Assembly: GCF_006345805.1 (NCBI RefSeq)
Contig: NC_043006.1
Location: forward strand, 36,332,001-36,396,000
Length of the DNA stretch: 64,000 nt
Source: Octopus sinensis
Taxonomy: Eukaryota
Direction: 5' to 3'
Both the position numbers and the translations under genes were made by a program. The stretch's first letter is position 1. Each line of letters begins with the position of its first letter. The notes beneath the pieces were generated by a model. That model worked only from the letters and a program-made list of their open reading frames with translations. It made no database searches and had not been told where the DNA came from. This document shows positions 1 to 13,619 of this stretch, in pieces.

Positions 1-1859
1 AACAAGAACATTAGCAAAAAAATGATGCAGATGATCGTAGCAGCAGTGATGATTATTACCATGCTATTCATAATGATAATAATGACAATAAACATGATGG
101 CAATAGTAATTATGATAATGATAGTTATTATAATAATGATAATCTCAGTGTTTTTTACATTAGTTTTGGTAACATAATTCTAGCTATTTCCTGTTTGAGT
201 TAGAATGTTTTTTCTTAATTTTTCTTCCAGATCCATATTTTCTTTTGTTTTTCCTTTTCTGTTTTGTTTCCATTCTTCCTTGTCTTAATTTTTTTCTCCC
301 TTGATATTTTTTCTTTTTATTCTTGTATTTGTTTTTTTTTTTTTGCATGTATGTATGTATTAGGTATGTATGTTTATGTATTAGGTGTATATATGTATGT
401 ATGTTCATCCTTTTCTTCTCTTCTATTTTTGATTTGAAATCTTACTGTAGGGAAGGATCTGGTTTCTAACAACGATACAAAGTTCCATCATTGAATGTAG
501 ATAACAAAAGCAATATCACCTTTTGAACTTGAGACAAGTCTTGACATTTTTATTGTTCCATTTACAGAGATTGTATTTGTAATGTGTGTGTTAGGTGGTT
601 GATTTCTTTTTCTGAAAACTCTGACTTTTCCAGGTTGTTGCTTAGGCATTTACTAATGTGTGTATGTGTGTTTATGCTTGCATACAAACTTTACAATGTA
701 TACATGTAAATTCACAGACATACATGTATTGTAAAGTTTGCATGCATGAATATTTGTAAAGCTAGCACAAAAAATAAATGTATTCCCTTCAACAGCTGTC
801 AACTAAATATTGTAGTGATTTATATACATTCATGTATGTATGTGTGCGTTTATATGCATGAATGTTTCAGTCAATTATTGACCAGCACGTAGACTGCTCC
901 ATGTGCCACTGTTACTTCAATTGCACCTTTCATTTTACCTTTCTTTTTTCAATTATTCCCCCTCCCCAAAGACAGTGTTTGGAATGTCATATTTTTTTTT
1001 TCCCCCCATGTCTGAATACACACACACACAACTATACATCACATACATGACACTTTTATGGTTAAATCAGTACTGTATTGAATTACTGAGAGGGAGGGCT
1101 AAGCATGTATATCATGTCATGTCACTAACACTGAAGTGTTGCCTCTGTTCCATTATCACAATTCTAAACTAGCTTAGTCCAACTAAATGTAAATAGATAC
1201 CTCAGATAAGGAACAAGTAACTGCATTAATTGGCAGCACTAGCTTGAGATGACTAAATTGATGAACACTGCTGAGTTCATCTCTGTCTGTGAATATTGAT
1301 TGTAGGTGGATGGGTTCTGCTGCAAAATCAACTTCACATACACTCCCTTTAAAACACAGCTTCTCTGATGCATTATGCTAGATTTCATAGGAATGTTGGC
1401 TGTTTCACTGATTATACAACTTAAAACTATCTACTTACTTAATTACAGTGTAAGCGGTTGAATAATAGAGAGACACTTGTTCCTTTAAACACATTCCTCA
1501 AGTATAATCTGTATGATTATTTGAATCACAGCTACATTTGATCTGATGGGCTCTTGCCATTTAGCAAGCTTTATATATGCATGCACACACACATGCACGC
1601 ACGCACGCACGCACACTGTGAAAAAATTCAATATATACAAGAAGCAGGCATACACAACACTGGTAATTCCTCCAACTGTGATACACATTGTACACCACCA
1701 CAACATCATGGCTTGAGAACTCACTCAGATAAAGAATACAGGCCAGGAAGAATTGGTCATATCAATGAACTACCAACAAAAACTCATAGACACATTGCCA
1801 CATAATAATTCAACTGCTTGTTCCAATCCTGTACAATACACACAATCAAATAAGCCTAA

Positions 1860-3240
1860 CAGCAGATATAGGAATGAGGATGTGCTCTGGTTCAATCTGA
1901 TTTTTGGTTTGCATGTTTCAACCAAGATCAATGGAAAATTTTTTGCAGCATTGGACAAATGTTTTCCTAAATCTAATTGGTATCATGTATCATGTTTTCC
2001 TAAATCTAATTGGTACACTAACTCTGCTAATTTAGAGCAATTTATTCATCGCATAAACAATAGTAAAATACAGCAAAGGTTCAATAACCCACCTACTGGA
2101 TCTAGCAAACACATGCATCTAAATACCAACCAAGGAGAAACCACAATGATAAACACCAATTACAACCAAATTTTAGTAATAGAAATACTTACGATACAGC
2201 TAACATAGTAACAATGCCAGTAAATGGAGTTGGGACTGTCTTATTTACGAATAAATATGATAAATGTTCATACAGAGAAAAATCAAAATGTCCTTTGATG
2301 AAACTCTGTATGAGTACAAATCTTGTATATAAATGTACCGTGCACACAAGGAGAGGGTCATTTTTACATTGGGCAGACGGCTGGTTCACTTAAGAATTGT
2401 TATCATGACCATTTTGCCAGCTTTAAGACAATTAATAAGAGACATTCAACATCTTTGGCAGATTTTGTATGGCAACTGAAGGAGGATAAAATAAGTACAG
2501 TATAACTTGGTCCATAGTAAGGCATGTGAAACCATACAGTATAATTTCCAGGAGATGCTGTCTCTTCACCAGGGAATCCCTGTCTATTCTGTGGACTAAT
2601 GAGATCATTAATAGAGTTTCTGAACCACTCTCGACATGCCTACACACATATAAATGTACTTTTTCACAATGCAGAGAGAATGAATTTTGAGTAATCATTA
2701 ACATAATTAATTTACTTTAGGGTATGGATGACTTGAGTTTACTTTTAACCTCCCCATTCTTACAAACACCAAGTAGATAGTTAACTCGCTTTGTGATCAT
2801 GAGTGCACCAAACCTCGTGTGTGCGTATGCTCACATTTTTGCAGATGCTTGTATGAGAATGTGTACTCGTACCATGCAGGTTGCTCGAGGGTGTTTATAC
2901 ATCCATATTTGTTAATGGTTATTTTAAATAATTTTCTCGCTGGATTGCATGTTCGTTTCTCTTTTTGCCATCTGTGACTTTATTTTTGATCTTCTATGTA
3001 AATGAAGATATTTCCTCTGTCTGGCTGCTTTTCTTTCTGCAAAATGGGAAGTTACATTGCAGAACTGTTATTTTAATGAGTTGTACTTATTTATCACCCA
3101 ACGAGATACATCTGTACTGCTGGATGTTACTGAACCAGTTGTTGAGTGTCCCACCCATGAGGGATCAATGCTAGATGTGTGAAAACAATTCTCGTGATTA
3201 ATAATAAATTCTCATATATTCCGTCTTCCCTCTTTCATTT
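1860..3240 (+). mobile_element. Degraded Penelope-like element: RT/linker C-terminus, GIY-YIG endonuclease, 3' pLTR region
   Basis: Frameshifted peptides VLWFNLIFGLHVSTKINGKFFAALDKCFPKSN (1880-1980), FYIGQTAGSLKNCYHDHFASF...STSLADFVWQLKE (2361-2485) and ITWSIVRHVKPYSIISRRCCLFTRESL...SEPLSTCLH match the typical PLE GIY-YIG C-terminus. A degenerate hammerhead and AATAAA lie at about 3150-3208. Confidence 0.85.
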
Positions 3241-3269
3241 GCCATATATATATATATATATATATACAT

Positions 3270-4581
3270 ACACTGAAAATGTGCAGAGAACAACTTCCAC
3301 CACATTCCAGAGAGGAAAACTAGAATTAGTTGATAGCTTCCATTACCTAGGTGACCAAGTTAGTAGGGGGGGGTGCTGAAAGTGTAGCTGCTAGAATAAG
3401 AATAGCTTGGGCAAAGTTCAGAGAGCTCTTACCTCTGCTGGTGACAAAGGGCCTCTCGCTCAGAGTAAAAGGTAGACTGTATGACGCATGTGTACGAACA
3501 GCCATGCTACATGGCAGTGAAACATGGGCTGTGACTGCTGAGGACATGTGTAAGCTCGCAAGGAATGAAGCCAGTATGATCCGATGGATGTGTAAAATCA
3601 GGGTGCATACTCGACAGAGTGTAAGTACCTTGAGAGAAATGTTGGACCTAAGAAGCATCACATGTGGTGTGCAAGAGAGACGACTGCGCTGGTATGGTCA
3701 TGTGGCAAGAATAGATGAGGACAGCTGTGTGAAAAAGTGCCACATCCTAGCGGTTGAGGGAACCTGTGTAAGAGGTAGACCCAGGAAGACCTGGGATGAA
3801 GTGGTGAAACATGACCTTTGAACTTTAGGCCTTAACAAAGAAATGACTAGTGACCGAGACTTTTGGAAATATGCTGTGCGTGAGAAGACCCGGCAAGCCA
3901 CATGAAACCATAATCTCATGGCCTATGCCAGGGTCATAACCAGCCCACTTATGCGTGCCTTTTCCTTCCTTGAACACTAAAACTCTGCTTGCAAAGACCT
4001 GTTGAGGCAAGTGAAATTAAAATCATAATCAAAATTAAAATCAAATTCGATGACTGGCGTCTGAGCTAGCAGGGTGCAAAGAACACCATACGAGTGTGAT
4101 TATTGACAGAGCGGCTAACCGGCTTCCGTGCCAGTAGCACTTAAAAGGCACCATTCGAGCGTGATTGTTACCAGCGTTGCCTTACTGGTACTCGAGCCCC
4201 GTGCTAGTAGGATATTAAGAGCACCATCTGAGTGAGATCATTGCCAGAGCGGCTATCTGGCCTCTGTGCCGGTGGCACGTAAAAGACACCATTCGAGCGT
4301 GATCGTTTCCAGCATTGCCTTACTGGCACCTGTGCCGGTGGCATTTGTAAAAGATTCGAGTGAGGTCATTGCCAGTACTGCTTGACTGGCCCCATGCCGG
4401 TGGCACGTAAAAGCACCCACTACACTCTCAAAGTGGTTGGCGTTAGGAAGGGCATCAAGCTGTAGAAACTCTGCCAGTTCAAGATTGAAGCCTGGTGCAG
4501 CCATCTGGTTCGCCAGCCCTCAGTCAATCGTCCAACCTATGCTAGCATGGAAAGCGGACGTTAAACGATGATGATGATGAT
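3270..4581 (+). mobile_element. RTE-clade LINE, 5'-truncated (RT C-terminus, repeat-rich 3'UTR, (GAT)n tail)
   Basis: LELVDSFHYLGD...ARIRIAWAKFRELLPLL...KGRLYDACVRTAMLHGSETW...RRLRWYGHVAR...GRPRKTWDEVV, with frameshift and stops. Ends GCGGACGTTAAAC(GAT)n. Confidence 0.95.
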
Positions 4582-4590
4582 ATATATATA

Positions 4591-5311
4591 CAAGGCTCTT
4601 AGATAAACTGAAAAATCCAGCAGAAAAAGGATTTGATTTGGTTTTTCTCAAACAAGAAAAACTTCGACCATGATCAAAAAGTTAAGAGAAGAAATGACAG
4701 ATGATTATGTGCAGACCCTTCTGAAGTTCCAAGTCTTATGCATAAAAAATTTCCTGCAACTGTCATGGTTTTAGGTGTTGTCAATGATGAAGAACATGTG
4801 ATGCCTCCTTACTTCTTTCTACAAGGCCCTAGAGTTAACTCTGCTGTCTACATCGAGGTCCTAGAAATAATTGTTATGCCCTGGATGCAATGGAAAGCCA
4901 TTTGTGTTTCAGTAAGACTCTGCTCTATCACACATGGCTCTAGTAACACAGGAATGGATGGCTAAAAATTTTCATGATCATATAACCCCTGACATTTGGC
5001 CTCCTAATTCCCCAGATCTCAATCCATTGGACTATTACATGTGGAGCGTTGTTGAGAGAGAAGTCAATGAACACACCCATAACACCAAAGATTCTTTGAA
5101 AGTTGCCATAGTCAGAGTAATATTAAAAATGAACCAGGACCTCTTGATTTGAGCATGTAGATCTCATATAGAAGCAGTTGTTGAAGCTGGCTTTATTGAA
5201 TAACATTATAGAAAAGGTTTATTTTTATCCTCATATCATATTTTGATAAAGTTATTATCTGTTTTTTTTTATAAACATAAATCTGTCCTCAAATATCTTA
5301 CGCACCCTGTA
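4591..5311 (+). mobile_element. Tc1/mariner DD37D (maT-type) transposon, 5'-truncated fossil
   Basis: KFPATVMVLGVV...MPPYFF, then FQ*D (GAC at 4916) and WPPNSPDLNPLD with exactly 37 residues between the second and third D. Right end ...CTTACGCACCCTG followed by TA (5310-5311). Confidence 0.9.
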
Positions 5312-5339
5312 TGTATATATCTATATCTAGATATATATA

Positions 5340-5636
5340 TCACCGTGATCACCGTGACCGACCAGGCTATCAGATGTTGTTACACATTGCTGGTCGCAAT
5401 GCGCTTTGCATTGTTTTAGCCTTCAAATGATGCCACCACGCTGGCTAAGCGAGCAGGCCAACAAGAGAGAAAGTTGTGGTGAAAGGGTACAGCAGGGATC
5501 ACCACCACCGCCTGCCGGAGCATCGTGGAGCTTTGGGTTTTCGCTCAATAAACACTACAACAACCGGTCTGGGAATCGACACCGTGATTCTACGACCGCA
5601 AGTCCGCTGCCCTAACCACTGGGCCATTGCACTTCC
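5340..5636 (-). mobile_element. tRNA-derived SINE (family C), relatively young
   Basis: Minus strand has an A-box TGGCCCAGTGGT and a B-box-like GTGTCGATTCC. CpGs are retained. The 3' end has tandem TCACGGTGA units. Confidence 0.85.
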
Positions 5637-5658
5637 ACACACACACTCACCCACACAC

Positions 5659-5721
<63 letters not shown>

Positions 5722-7158
5722 TAAATATATATATATATAAATAGATAGATGCACATGTGCACATAATTAAATGACTTGAGTGCCAGATCGCATTTAATTT
5801 TGTTACTGATCAAGTTCATCTTTTCATTATTGTGTGATATTTAAAGAGCTGAGTTTGCAATTTTGGATGTGTGTACATGTGTGGGCCTTGGGTGGGGTAG
5901 TGTGATGAGTGTCAGCAAGGACAAGAGAAGTATTTTGCTAACTGGCTATAAGAACATGTCAGCATTGGTGCCAAATAACAAATTTATCAGGTTTACATTC
6001 TCAGCTTGAAACTGATATCCAGTGTGGTCCATTTTCCCTTGTCTTTCCTCTTCTCATCTTTCCTGAGTGGTGTTGTAGAAGTGAGGAATAAAAAGGCTAA
6101 TGCATCGGACATTAGTGGCAAGATTTATAAAGGGTGTGATGGTGGCAATGGAAACAGAATTAAAATGTTACAGGGTGGTGTGGGGTGATTTGTTATTGTT
6201 TACTTTATTGTCTTTACACCCCACAGGGGGAAGAAGAGAAGTGAGATGGAGGAAAGAGAAGCTCTTATTTCTTTACAAGCAAGCTATTGGTTTATTTTTG
6301 ATTTTGGTAGTTGACTTTTACTACAATTTCACTTTATGTGTCCGGAAATCTTGTGTTGGAGAAAAGAAATGAGGCAGGAGGGCTGTAACTTCCGACGTTG
6401 CTTTTGTTTACTATTGATTAGAGAATATTTCCGAGCAAGGGAAGGGATGTTGGAGGAGAAGATTTGGAGCATCACTGGCATCATCATCATCATCATCATC
6501 ATCATCCCAACAATTTTCATTGTTGTTGTTCTTTATCATCATTATTTTTAATACTTGATTGAGGGTGGTGATTGCTATCATCAATGCTGCCAAGTACCAT
6601 CATCACTTTCTTTCTAATAATAGCTTTTTATGAAGAATCATTGTCCTCTTTGTTGTCATCGCTATCAACCCCACCATTACCTCAACAACACCAATACCTC
6701 AGGTATAACTTCTGTGTCCAAAAACAGCCAGCACCGACCTTGCTTCCTCTACCCCCACTTCCCACTCCATTACACTTATGCCAGAAGCATGGATTCAGGT
6801 TAATGAAATAGATTTAGCTCTTCTATTCTGGGTTCATCATTTTCTTGTTCTCTCCAGGGGGCATTCTCACAAGCCACAAGGAAAGACATCATCAATCAAT
6901 AAACTGGGATAATCTTCCTGTTTGTATATATTTTTATTGTTTTATTTTCTATTTTGATTTAGTTTCCAATCTTGTTTTATGTTTCTTTTATATTTTTATA
7001 TAGCTTATTTTAAAATATTTTTTGTATCTTATTTATATATATCCTATATATAACATACACACACAGACACGCGATTGCACACCGACAGACACATACATTT
7101 GTATATGTGTGTATCGGATCGTCATCATCATCTGAATGATACATGCACACATATATTT

Positions 7159-7193
<35 letters not shown>

Positions 7194-7843
7194 TGCAGAC
7201 CGCTGTACATATATATTTTCTGCTTATAAAAGAATCTTAAATTTTGCTAGGATTTGCTTCCATAAATGATGACTTCTTGCTGAGAACAGAGTCAGGTTAT
7301 GTTTGTTGGTTTGTATTTTTCCTTTTTTAAACTTTGTTGCATTATTAGGAATGATGCTACGAAAAGAAGAGAGAGACTTTCTAGTGAGACTTCCTACCCT
7401 GTTAGTTGCACTTTACTTCACAGTTAGGTGGTAATGGTGGTGTTAGTGTTTCCTGGAAATGTGATTGTTATTACCTTGATGATGATGATTATAATATTAC
7501 TAGCTGCTGTGTGGAGTTTGGATAGAGGTGGCGGAGGAAGTCTTTTCATATGTCTTCATATCCACACCATACTCTACAGACACACTGATTCCCCTCTTCC
7601 CCTTTGAAACCACATCCCTATCATTCAGATCTCTATCGCAGTCAGCCACTTTTAGAAACACATTTCTCCCTTTTGGCTCATAGGCTTGGGCTACTGCCAA
7701 CATATACAAATAAGTTTTGCATGCACACACTTAGACATAAGGTGTAGAATCAGTATAAGCTTGCCAGCAATTTGGTTTCAATTTTGAGTTGAAACATCTG
7801 ATGCTAATGTCATTGGTCAAGGCATGCACATACCAACTATATA

Positions 7844-7882
<39 letters not shown>

Positions 7883-7898
7883 TATAATATATAATATG

Positions 7899-8240
7899 AT
7901 CATCATTTCAGTGTCCACTTTTCCTTGTTTGCATGACCCAGACAGAATTTATTGAGGCAGATTTTCTTTGGTTGGATGCCCTTCCTGTTGTCAATTCTCA
8001 TTTGTTTCCAAGTAAGGTAATCCCCATGCCCAGACATGTTCTTACAGAATATTGGAAATAAAAAATGACAATGCTTGTGACAACAACACTCATTTATAAC
8101 TCTTATGTGATGCCAAGACATGGAGACATTAACACACACACACACACACACCTATTTGTCTATGACTGACTTCTTTTAGTTTCCATCTACCAAATTCAAC
8201 CCAAAGGTTGCACAACAGGATCAAATTGGGAACCAGGTGA
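7899..8240 (-). mobile_element. SINE with RTE-like tail (family B), degraded
   Basis: CATCATTT..TGTCCACTTTTCC...GAGGCAGATTTTC...TGTTTCCAAGTAAGGTAAT, internal (CA)n and a head remnant, shared with other B copies. Confidence 0.75.
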
Positions 8241-9068
8241 TTCATGTTCTTATATTTTGATATGCACTTGTACTGAAAGTATCTAATCTGTTATATATGT
8301 GTTTAATATGTGTATACCGACACTTGTAATGGAAATATGTGGTGATAACTAACATGTATCTAGGGATGAATATAGGTTGATTGGTACCAAGGTTGTATCT
8401 TTTATTCTACTTTTTTATACTCTTTGATAACTGCAATTTCCATATATAAAATGGTTGATGTATGTAAGAAGTGCTCTGTGAAGATTGTAACTTTCTCTGT
8501 CTTTCAATAAAATGTTTAAAATGAGTAGATACAAGAATTTTATGGTTTCTATTTTATAACCTAGTTACCACTGTATTCTCAAATGCATATAGAAACAGAA
8601 GTCTTCAATATATTTAGATTCAGTCAGCGCATCTTGGAATTAACCTCATAGACATTGCATTGACATACAGATATTCTCAGCAGAGCTCTGAAATGATCAA
8701 CCATGCTAAAGTTAGAGGTCAAATAATTATAGGTATATGGTTGTAGCAGTTAAAAAAGTCTCATGCTTACACATTCTTTAGGGCTATAACTAAGAAAGGG
8801 TTTTTTTTGTCTTTTTCCCCCAAATAGTTGAAGAATATTCTATATATCTATTAGAATGTATTTGGAAATTTTCATCAAATTTGTAATATTATTATTTGTA
8901 TTGGAATGGAACACCAAAGTATTTGGTCTCAAAAGTCAGTGCAGCATGATGATTAGTGACTAAGAAAGAAAATAGTTCAGTGGGCATTTTATGACCATAT
9001 CTATAGTTATTCAAGCTATATTTATTCTTATGATTTTCATTACAACAAAAATAATATATCTTAAACAC

Positions 9069-9122
<54 letters not shown>

Positions 9123-9789
9123 GTCATGTTCTAAATTACACACACACATAAATATACACGTATACATCTATACTACACCTCCTTTTGGTGCCTTCAGCCA
9201 CTACTCTCTCTTTCCTTTGCTGTACTCTATCTTAAATACCTTTCTTATCTATCATTCTCAATGCCCTCTCATATCTACAGTCATACCCCACTTACTATAT
9301 AGCCCTTTATGTACCTCTATATCTCCCTCTCCACTGCTTCTCCACCTTGCACATCATCTCACTTCTTCCTGTCCTATTCTCCTTCCTGAGCTACTCCTAT
9401 ATCTCCCATCTACCTTTTCTTGTTATGGGAAATACTGGTATTTCCCATCATCTACAACTATACTCCTATTCATCACTCACTACATTCAACCTCCACCTGT
9501 TTACTCCCTACTGACACTCTTATGAAAGTGTCCACTTTCTTATCCCCTACCATGACTCACTGTTTGTATCTTTTCTTATGCTCACTCTCTTGTACTTTGA
9601 GAGTTTGCTCTAGCACCCCATCACTACATTCATTTTGTCTCCTTCAGCCATGTATATCCTACATAACATTTGTGCCTGTCCCCCTATCATACTGTAGCCT
9701 TTCAACACCAGGCATAAAGCCACTCACTTTCCATTCCCAAATGTTTTTTCTTAGTAGTAAGAGCTTCTTTTCCTTTTTCTCTGTTCTTT

Positions 9790-9995
9790 TTGTCTTGCAA
9801 GTTACATGGCAACCTTACTTGTGTTGATAGCATGAAAAAAGCACCCGGTGCATTCTGTAAAGTGGTTGGTATTAGGAAGGGCAACCAACCAACCACACCA
9901 AAATGACATTGGTGCAACAAGGCCTTACAGCTCACTAGTTCCTGTCAAATTATCCAACCAATTCCAGCATAGAAAGCAGTTATTAACTGATCATG
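9790..9995 (+). mobile_element. Degraded RTE 3'-end fragment
   Basis: AAAAGCACCC...GTGGTTGGTATTAGGAAGGGCA...CCAGCAT, similar to 4410-4560. Confidence 0.6.
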
Positions 9996-10440
9996 AATGT
10001 GTATGTGGATATATTACACATTATGTTACAATAGCAGCACTATGTTGTGTTGCTGATGTTTATAGTGCATGTCAAAAAACGTCAGACTATGAACTAGAAT
10101 AGATAAGCTCCTATGTAATGTTCCAGCTAGGTCTGGCATGAGCCGAAGCACTCATAAAGCAGGAGCGTAACCCAGTTTCCATGCCGGATAAGTGACTGAG
10201 ATTACATTTCTTTCTAAACAGGACCCAGTTTGTTGCAGGGTTAAAATTCCAGTTAGATAAGTGCAAAACTATGGTTTACAACATGGATCATGCATACATT
10301 TAATTTTATATATACATATATACATATGTGTATGTGTGTTGTGTGTGTGTGTTACATACATGTATCCATCCTTACACATACACCTTCACTCATTCATAAG
10401 GTTATCTTATTTCATGTCATAAGTTTTCTTATGCTCCTTA

Positions 10441-10452
10441 ATAATAATAATG

Positions 10453-10509
<57 letters not shown>
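10441..10509. repeat. (AAT)n microsatellite
   Basis: Directly visible. Confidence 0.95.
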
Positions 10510-10843
10510 TTCCTTTCTACTATGGGCACAAGGCCTGGAATTTTACTTTTCCATCTCTACTAATTGCACCAGTCCCACATTCATGTATTTCCTTAATTTT
10601 TTTTCTTCTTTTATTGTATGATAATAATAAATATTCCCTTGAAATATTGTAAACTACTTAAAACACACCATGTGAAATTCAAAACCAGTTTTTATTACAA
10701 GCAGATTATTATATTTGGTCAAATCATTTCAGTACATACTAATGTAGCCTTTTCATATATTGTCAGTTACAAATGTATTGGTATTTTTCACTGGAAAATT
10801 AATATTTTAACTTGCACTGGGAGATTAATGAGACAAGAATTTA

Positions 10844-10875
10844 ATGTATGTATGTATGTATGTATGTATGTGTGT

Positions 10876-10925
<50 letters not shown>

Positions 10926-11165
10926 TTTGTATGTATGTGTGTTTGTATGTATGTATGTGTGTTTGTATGTATGTATGTGTGTGTGTTTGTATGTATGTGT
11001 GTGTGTTTGTATGTATGTATGTTTGTATGTATGTATGTGTGTGTGTTTGTATGTATGTGTGTTTGTATGTATGTGTGTGTTTGTATGTGTGTGTGTTTGT
11101 ATGTATGTATGTGTGTGTGTTTGTATGTATGTGTGTGTGTTTGTATGTATGTGTGTTTGTATGTG
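10844..11165. repeat. Compound GT/GTAT/GTTT microsatellite with higher-order unit (GT)nTTGTATGTAT
   Basis: Directly visible. It explains the C/V/M/Y-rich ORFs here. Confidence 0.95.
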
Positions 11166-11289
11166 CATGCTCTGTGTGTAAGCTATGAAGTTTGCTTCCC
11201 AGCCATGTGATATCATTTTTAGACCATTTGATGGTACCTTGGAAAAGTGCACATACACACTCTCACTCTGGTCTCTTTTTCTGTATTTA

Positions 11290-11620
11290 ATGATGTTTCC
11301 AACTCCTGGGCCGCTGATCTCCACAACTATGCATAGTTTGTTTCCTATCACAGACACTGCATACGTCCTATTGTATTTGCATTTGGCAGAAATATTGATA
11401 GATATGTTCCATGAAAATCCTTGTATTGTAGCTTGTAAATGTATGCTATGTCACAGTTCTCTTTTCATTATTTGTCCTAGGGCAATCCTTCCTTTGTTTG
11501 CTGTTTTAGCAACAACATCATGCCACAGTGATGACATTTCTGAGGTAGCTGCTGGTCACATCTGTAATGTCTCCTGCACATATATGACATATTGGACATT
11601 TTCAGTTACATGTTTAGTGG
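11290..11620 (-). mobile_element. Degraded restriction-like-endonuclease (R2/R4/NeSL-type) LINE C-terminus
   Basis: Minus-strand fragments CPICHIC..DITDVTSSY (CCHC knuckle remnant), WHDVVAKT (RHD motif) and WNISINISAKCKYNRTY..KLCIVVEISGP (PD..E region). Confidence 0.7.
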
Positions 11621-12368
11621 TTTGAGGGGCTCCACTGTCTCTTTTGTTCAATTGTATTTTGTAGTTAGCTTTCTCTTGTGCAATCCACGAGCAAGCTGTC
11701 TCTTGCTCTTAAATTACAGTGTGCATGTTTATAATCATAAAAATGTGTGTGTGTGTATGTCCACACAACATTAATACACAGGAGCATTAGAATTCTCTTT
11801 CTATATGCCCCCCCCCCTCCTGCCTTCTGAATAATATATACCTCATGGTGATTAAAAAGAAAGCAAAGGCAATGTTAAAGCAGGTACATACACATACACA
11901 TACTCTCATTCTTTGGTGTTTTATTACCTATAGTTGTTAAGATATCTATGAGTTATAACTGTAATTATCCCCTTTGAAATATCGTTATGGTAACACATAA
12001 AGCTAGTTTTCTTTTCTTGTTTCTATTGTTGTTATGTTTGTAGTTACTCATTGTTTTCTTCTTCTTTCAAGCCTTTACTTTACTTTCTTCATTTCTTTTT
12101 TCTTTCTTTTATTAGCATAATCTTCTGAAGGAGCCTTTCCATTTATTGTTTGTTATATGTCATTTGTCATGCTAGCAAGTGCTGCCAAATCTCCCTCAAA
12201 TCACACTTCTATCTTAAAAGTCAAACATTTTGATAATGTGATCCTAAATATTACTCTATCAAAAAAAAAAAGAAAAAAAAAAGAAAGAAGAAAAACCAGC
12301 AGGATGGTCGTGGTTGTAATGCTTTTCAGTCTGATTAAAGTTAACCTGGGCCCCAAATGCAAACAATT

Positions 12369-12402
12369 GCTGCTGTTACTGCTACTGCTGTTGCTGCTGC
12401 TG

Positions 12403-12435
<33 letters not shown>

Positions 12436-12436
12436 T

Positions 12437-12467
<31 letters not shown>

Positions 12468-12489
12468 ACTACTACTACTACTACTACTG

Positions 12490-12547
<58 letters not shown>

Positions 12548-12567
12548 CGCCGCCGCTACTACTACTA
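12369..12567. repeat. (CTG)n/(CTA)n compound trinucleotide repeat
   Basis: Directly visible. It produces the poly-L, poly-T and poly-V ORFs. Confidence 0.95.
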
Positions 12568-13194
12568 GTATTTCTCCTCCTACTACCACTGTTGCCTCTA
12601 CTACTTCCCTAATGTTTATTCTAGTTTCTTCTTACAGTAATGTCTGTTTTAAAACATTTGTTTTATGTGATTACATTGTGCCATTTTCACGTTCAGAGTG
12701 GGAGAAAGAGGTGGGTTGGATTTGAGTTTGTTGGGGGGGGGGGGTGATAATAGTAATAGTGGTGGCTTAGGAAATTGAAGGAAAATATTTAACGTTCCCC
12801 ATCTACCTTTCCACTAATCAACCTTAAAGTTCTCTTCTCTCTTGGAAACTACAGTATCAGAGGTGGGACATTTCTTTCTCTACCTCTCTTGACCTTTGTC
12901 TCTGCAGCTTTTACACTCCATGCTTAATGTTAAAATGTGGATTATGTAGTCTTTGTTAAATTACATTCTCAGTTTGGATGAGAGCTGCTTCAGATGTTTC
13001 CATTTCTAACTCTTACCCTGGGTGCTACAAGATTTGCTATGCTAGAAAAAAAAATTGGAATGGTAAATGCTTTGAAAACCGTTAATCATAGGTCTACTAG
13101 ACCTGGACTAACCTGGGGTTTACAACTATTACAAATACACTTACACCTTGAAATCAGTGTGTATTAAGCATGTTTATTGCTTTAAACACAAAAT

Positions 13195-13515
13195 TATACA
13201 TGTATAAAAAAGTATCTGTACTGGTTCCACATAAAAAAGCACTTGTGCTGGTGCCATGTCAAAAAGCACTTTTGCCAGCACCATATCAAAATAAGTACTT
13301 GTGCCAGTGCCATATAGAATAACCACCCATGCTGGCAATGTGTAAAAAGCATCCAGTATACTCTGTAAAGTAATTGGTGTTTAGAAAAGTATCCAGCCAT
13401 AGAAACCATGCCAAAACAGATGACTGGAGCCTGGTGCAGCCCTCCAACTGACCAGTTCCTGTCAAACTGTCCGACCTATGCAAGCATCGAAAATGGATGT
13501 TAAATAATGATGATA
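13195..13515 (+). mobile_element. RTE 3'UTR/tail fragment with tandem AAAAAGCACTTGTGC units
   Basis: Ends GGAGCCTGGTGCAGCC...GATGTTAAATAATGATGAT, like 4490-4580. Confidence 0.75.
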
Positions 13516-13619
13516 TATGATGTGCTTTTGTTGTTTAGATCCTGCCTTGATAAGGCAAGCATATGATCAGATGCAGCCCATCTGTGACCACTCTATATAC
13601 ATTATTTTGCATCCAGCTC

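Noticed and set aside
3351-3821. 156-aa ORF as a host gene
   Set aside because: It is an RTE reverse-transcriptase C-terminal fragment bounded by a frameshift and a stop.
4050-4420. CRISPR-like repeat array
   Set aside because: The 'spacers' are themselves repeated, the context is a eukaryotic LINE 3'UTR, and there are no cas genes.
5560-5636. Possible tRNA gene
   Set aside because: A and B boxes are present, but there is no full cloverleaf and the sequence continues into a SINE body.
10618-11357. Long ORFs of 114-189 aa
   Set aside because: They are translations of a GT/GTAT microsatellite, not genes.
12157-12725. Poly-Leu, poly-Thr/Ala and poly-Val ORFs
   Set aside because: This is a trinucleotide repeat with no splice or coding context.
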